A program made the translations under genes and the position numbers. Below, piece by piece: positions 63,618 to 64,000 of a stretch of DNA of 64,000 bases. This DNA comes from a virus (taxonomy: Duplodnaviria; Caudoviricetes). Positions within the stretch are counted from its first letter, which is position 1; each line of letters opens with the position of its first letter. Below the pieces are notes generated by a model that had not been told where the DNA came from, did not search any database, and worked only from the letters and a program-made list of their open reading frames with translations. The stretch lies in IMG/VR virus record IMGVR_UViG_3300020069_000003, positions 13,481 to 77,480 of that record. One strand, 5' to 3'.

Positions 63618-64000
63618 AGGTGGTGTCCGAGGACGAGAAGAACAAGCCCCGGTCGGCTGCCGCGATCGCCCGCTGGGAGCGGGAGAAGGCCCAGCAGCGG
63701 GCGGGCCAGCGACAGGCCCTGGAGCTGCGCCAGCTGGGGTATTCGTACCGCCAGATCGCCGAGCTGCAGAACATCTCGGTACGGTCGGCCACGCTGCGCT
63801 GCAAGAAAGCGGCCCAGCGGGACATACCGACTGAGCTGGTGGAGACGGTACGCAACCTGGAGCTGGACCGCCTGGACACCATCACCACCATGAACCTCAA
63901 GCTGATGCAGAAGGCATATGAAGCAGGTGACGTTGAGTCCTTCTGCAAGCTTCAGGACCGGGTGCACGCCGTACACGACCGGCGTAAGAAGATGGTACCG
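63614..64000 (+). CDS. terS: Terminase small subunit (HTH type), 3'-truncated
   Basis: QALELRQLGYSYRQIAE...RNLELDRLD...AGD...DRRKK, typical of actinophage TerS. Confidence 0.75.
   Translation, partial: MKVVSEDEKNKPRSAAAIARWEREKAQQRAGQRQALELRQLGYSYRQIAELQNISVRSATLRCKKAAQRDIPTELVETVRNLELDRLDTITTMNLKLMQKAYEAGDVESFCKLQDRVHAVHDRRKKMVP

Overview
The window is almost a whole genome of a high-GC tailed (siphovirus-like) phage of an actinomycete. It runs from the end of an ADP-ribosyltransferase domain through head, tail, an oppositely oriented sugar-modification cassette, membrane/lysis genes, recombination and replication genes and a leftward early block. It ends in the terminase small subunit, so the terminase large subunit and portal presumably lie just outside. 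No integrase was seen. Five things stand out. (1) A G-rich motif, GG(C/A)GGGGGTGGTG(T/C)A, occurs about 50 times genome-wide in both orientations, inside genes and at gene junctions. (2) A Ro60/TROVE gene is preceded by a roughly 700-nt non-coding array: two YrlA-type tRNA-mimic Y RNAs, two shorter Y-like RNAs, a tRNA-like RNA with no anticodon arm, and a Ro-site-like hairpin over the Ro60 ribosome-binding site. (3) A PurZ0-type enzyme, PolA and candidate dNTP hydrolases suggest a 2-aminoadenine (Z) genome. (4) There are further tRNA-like and large structured RNAs. (5) Scaffold and major capsid protein share an N-terminal leader. All calls are from motif recognition by eye; no searches or folding programs were run.
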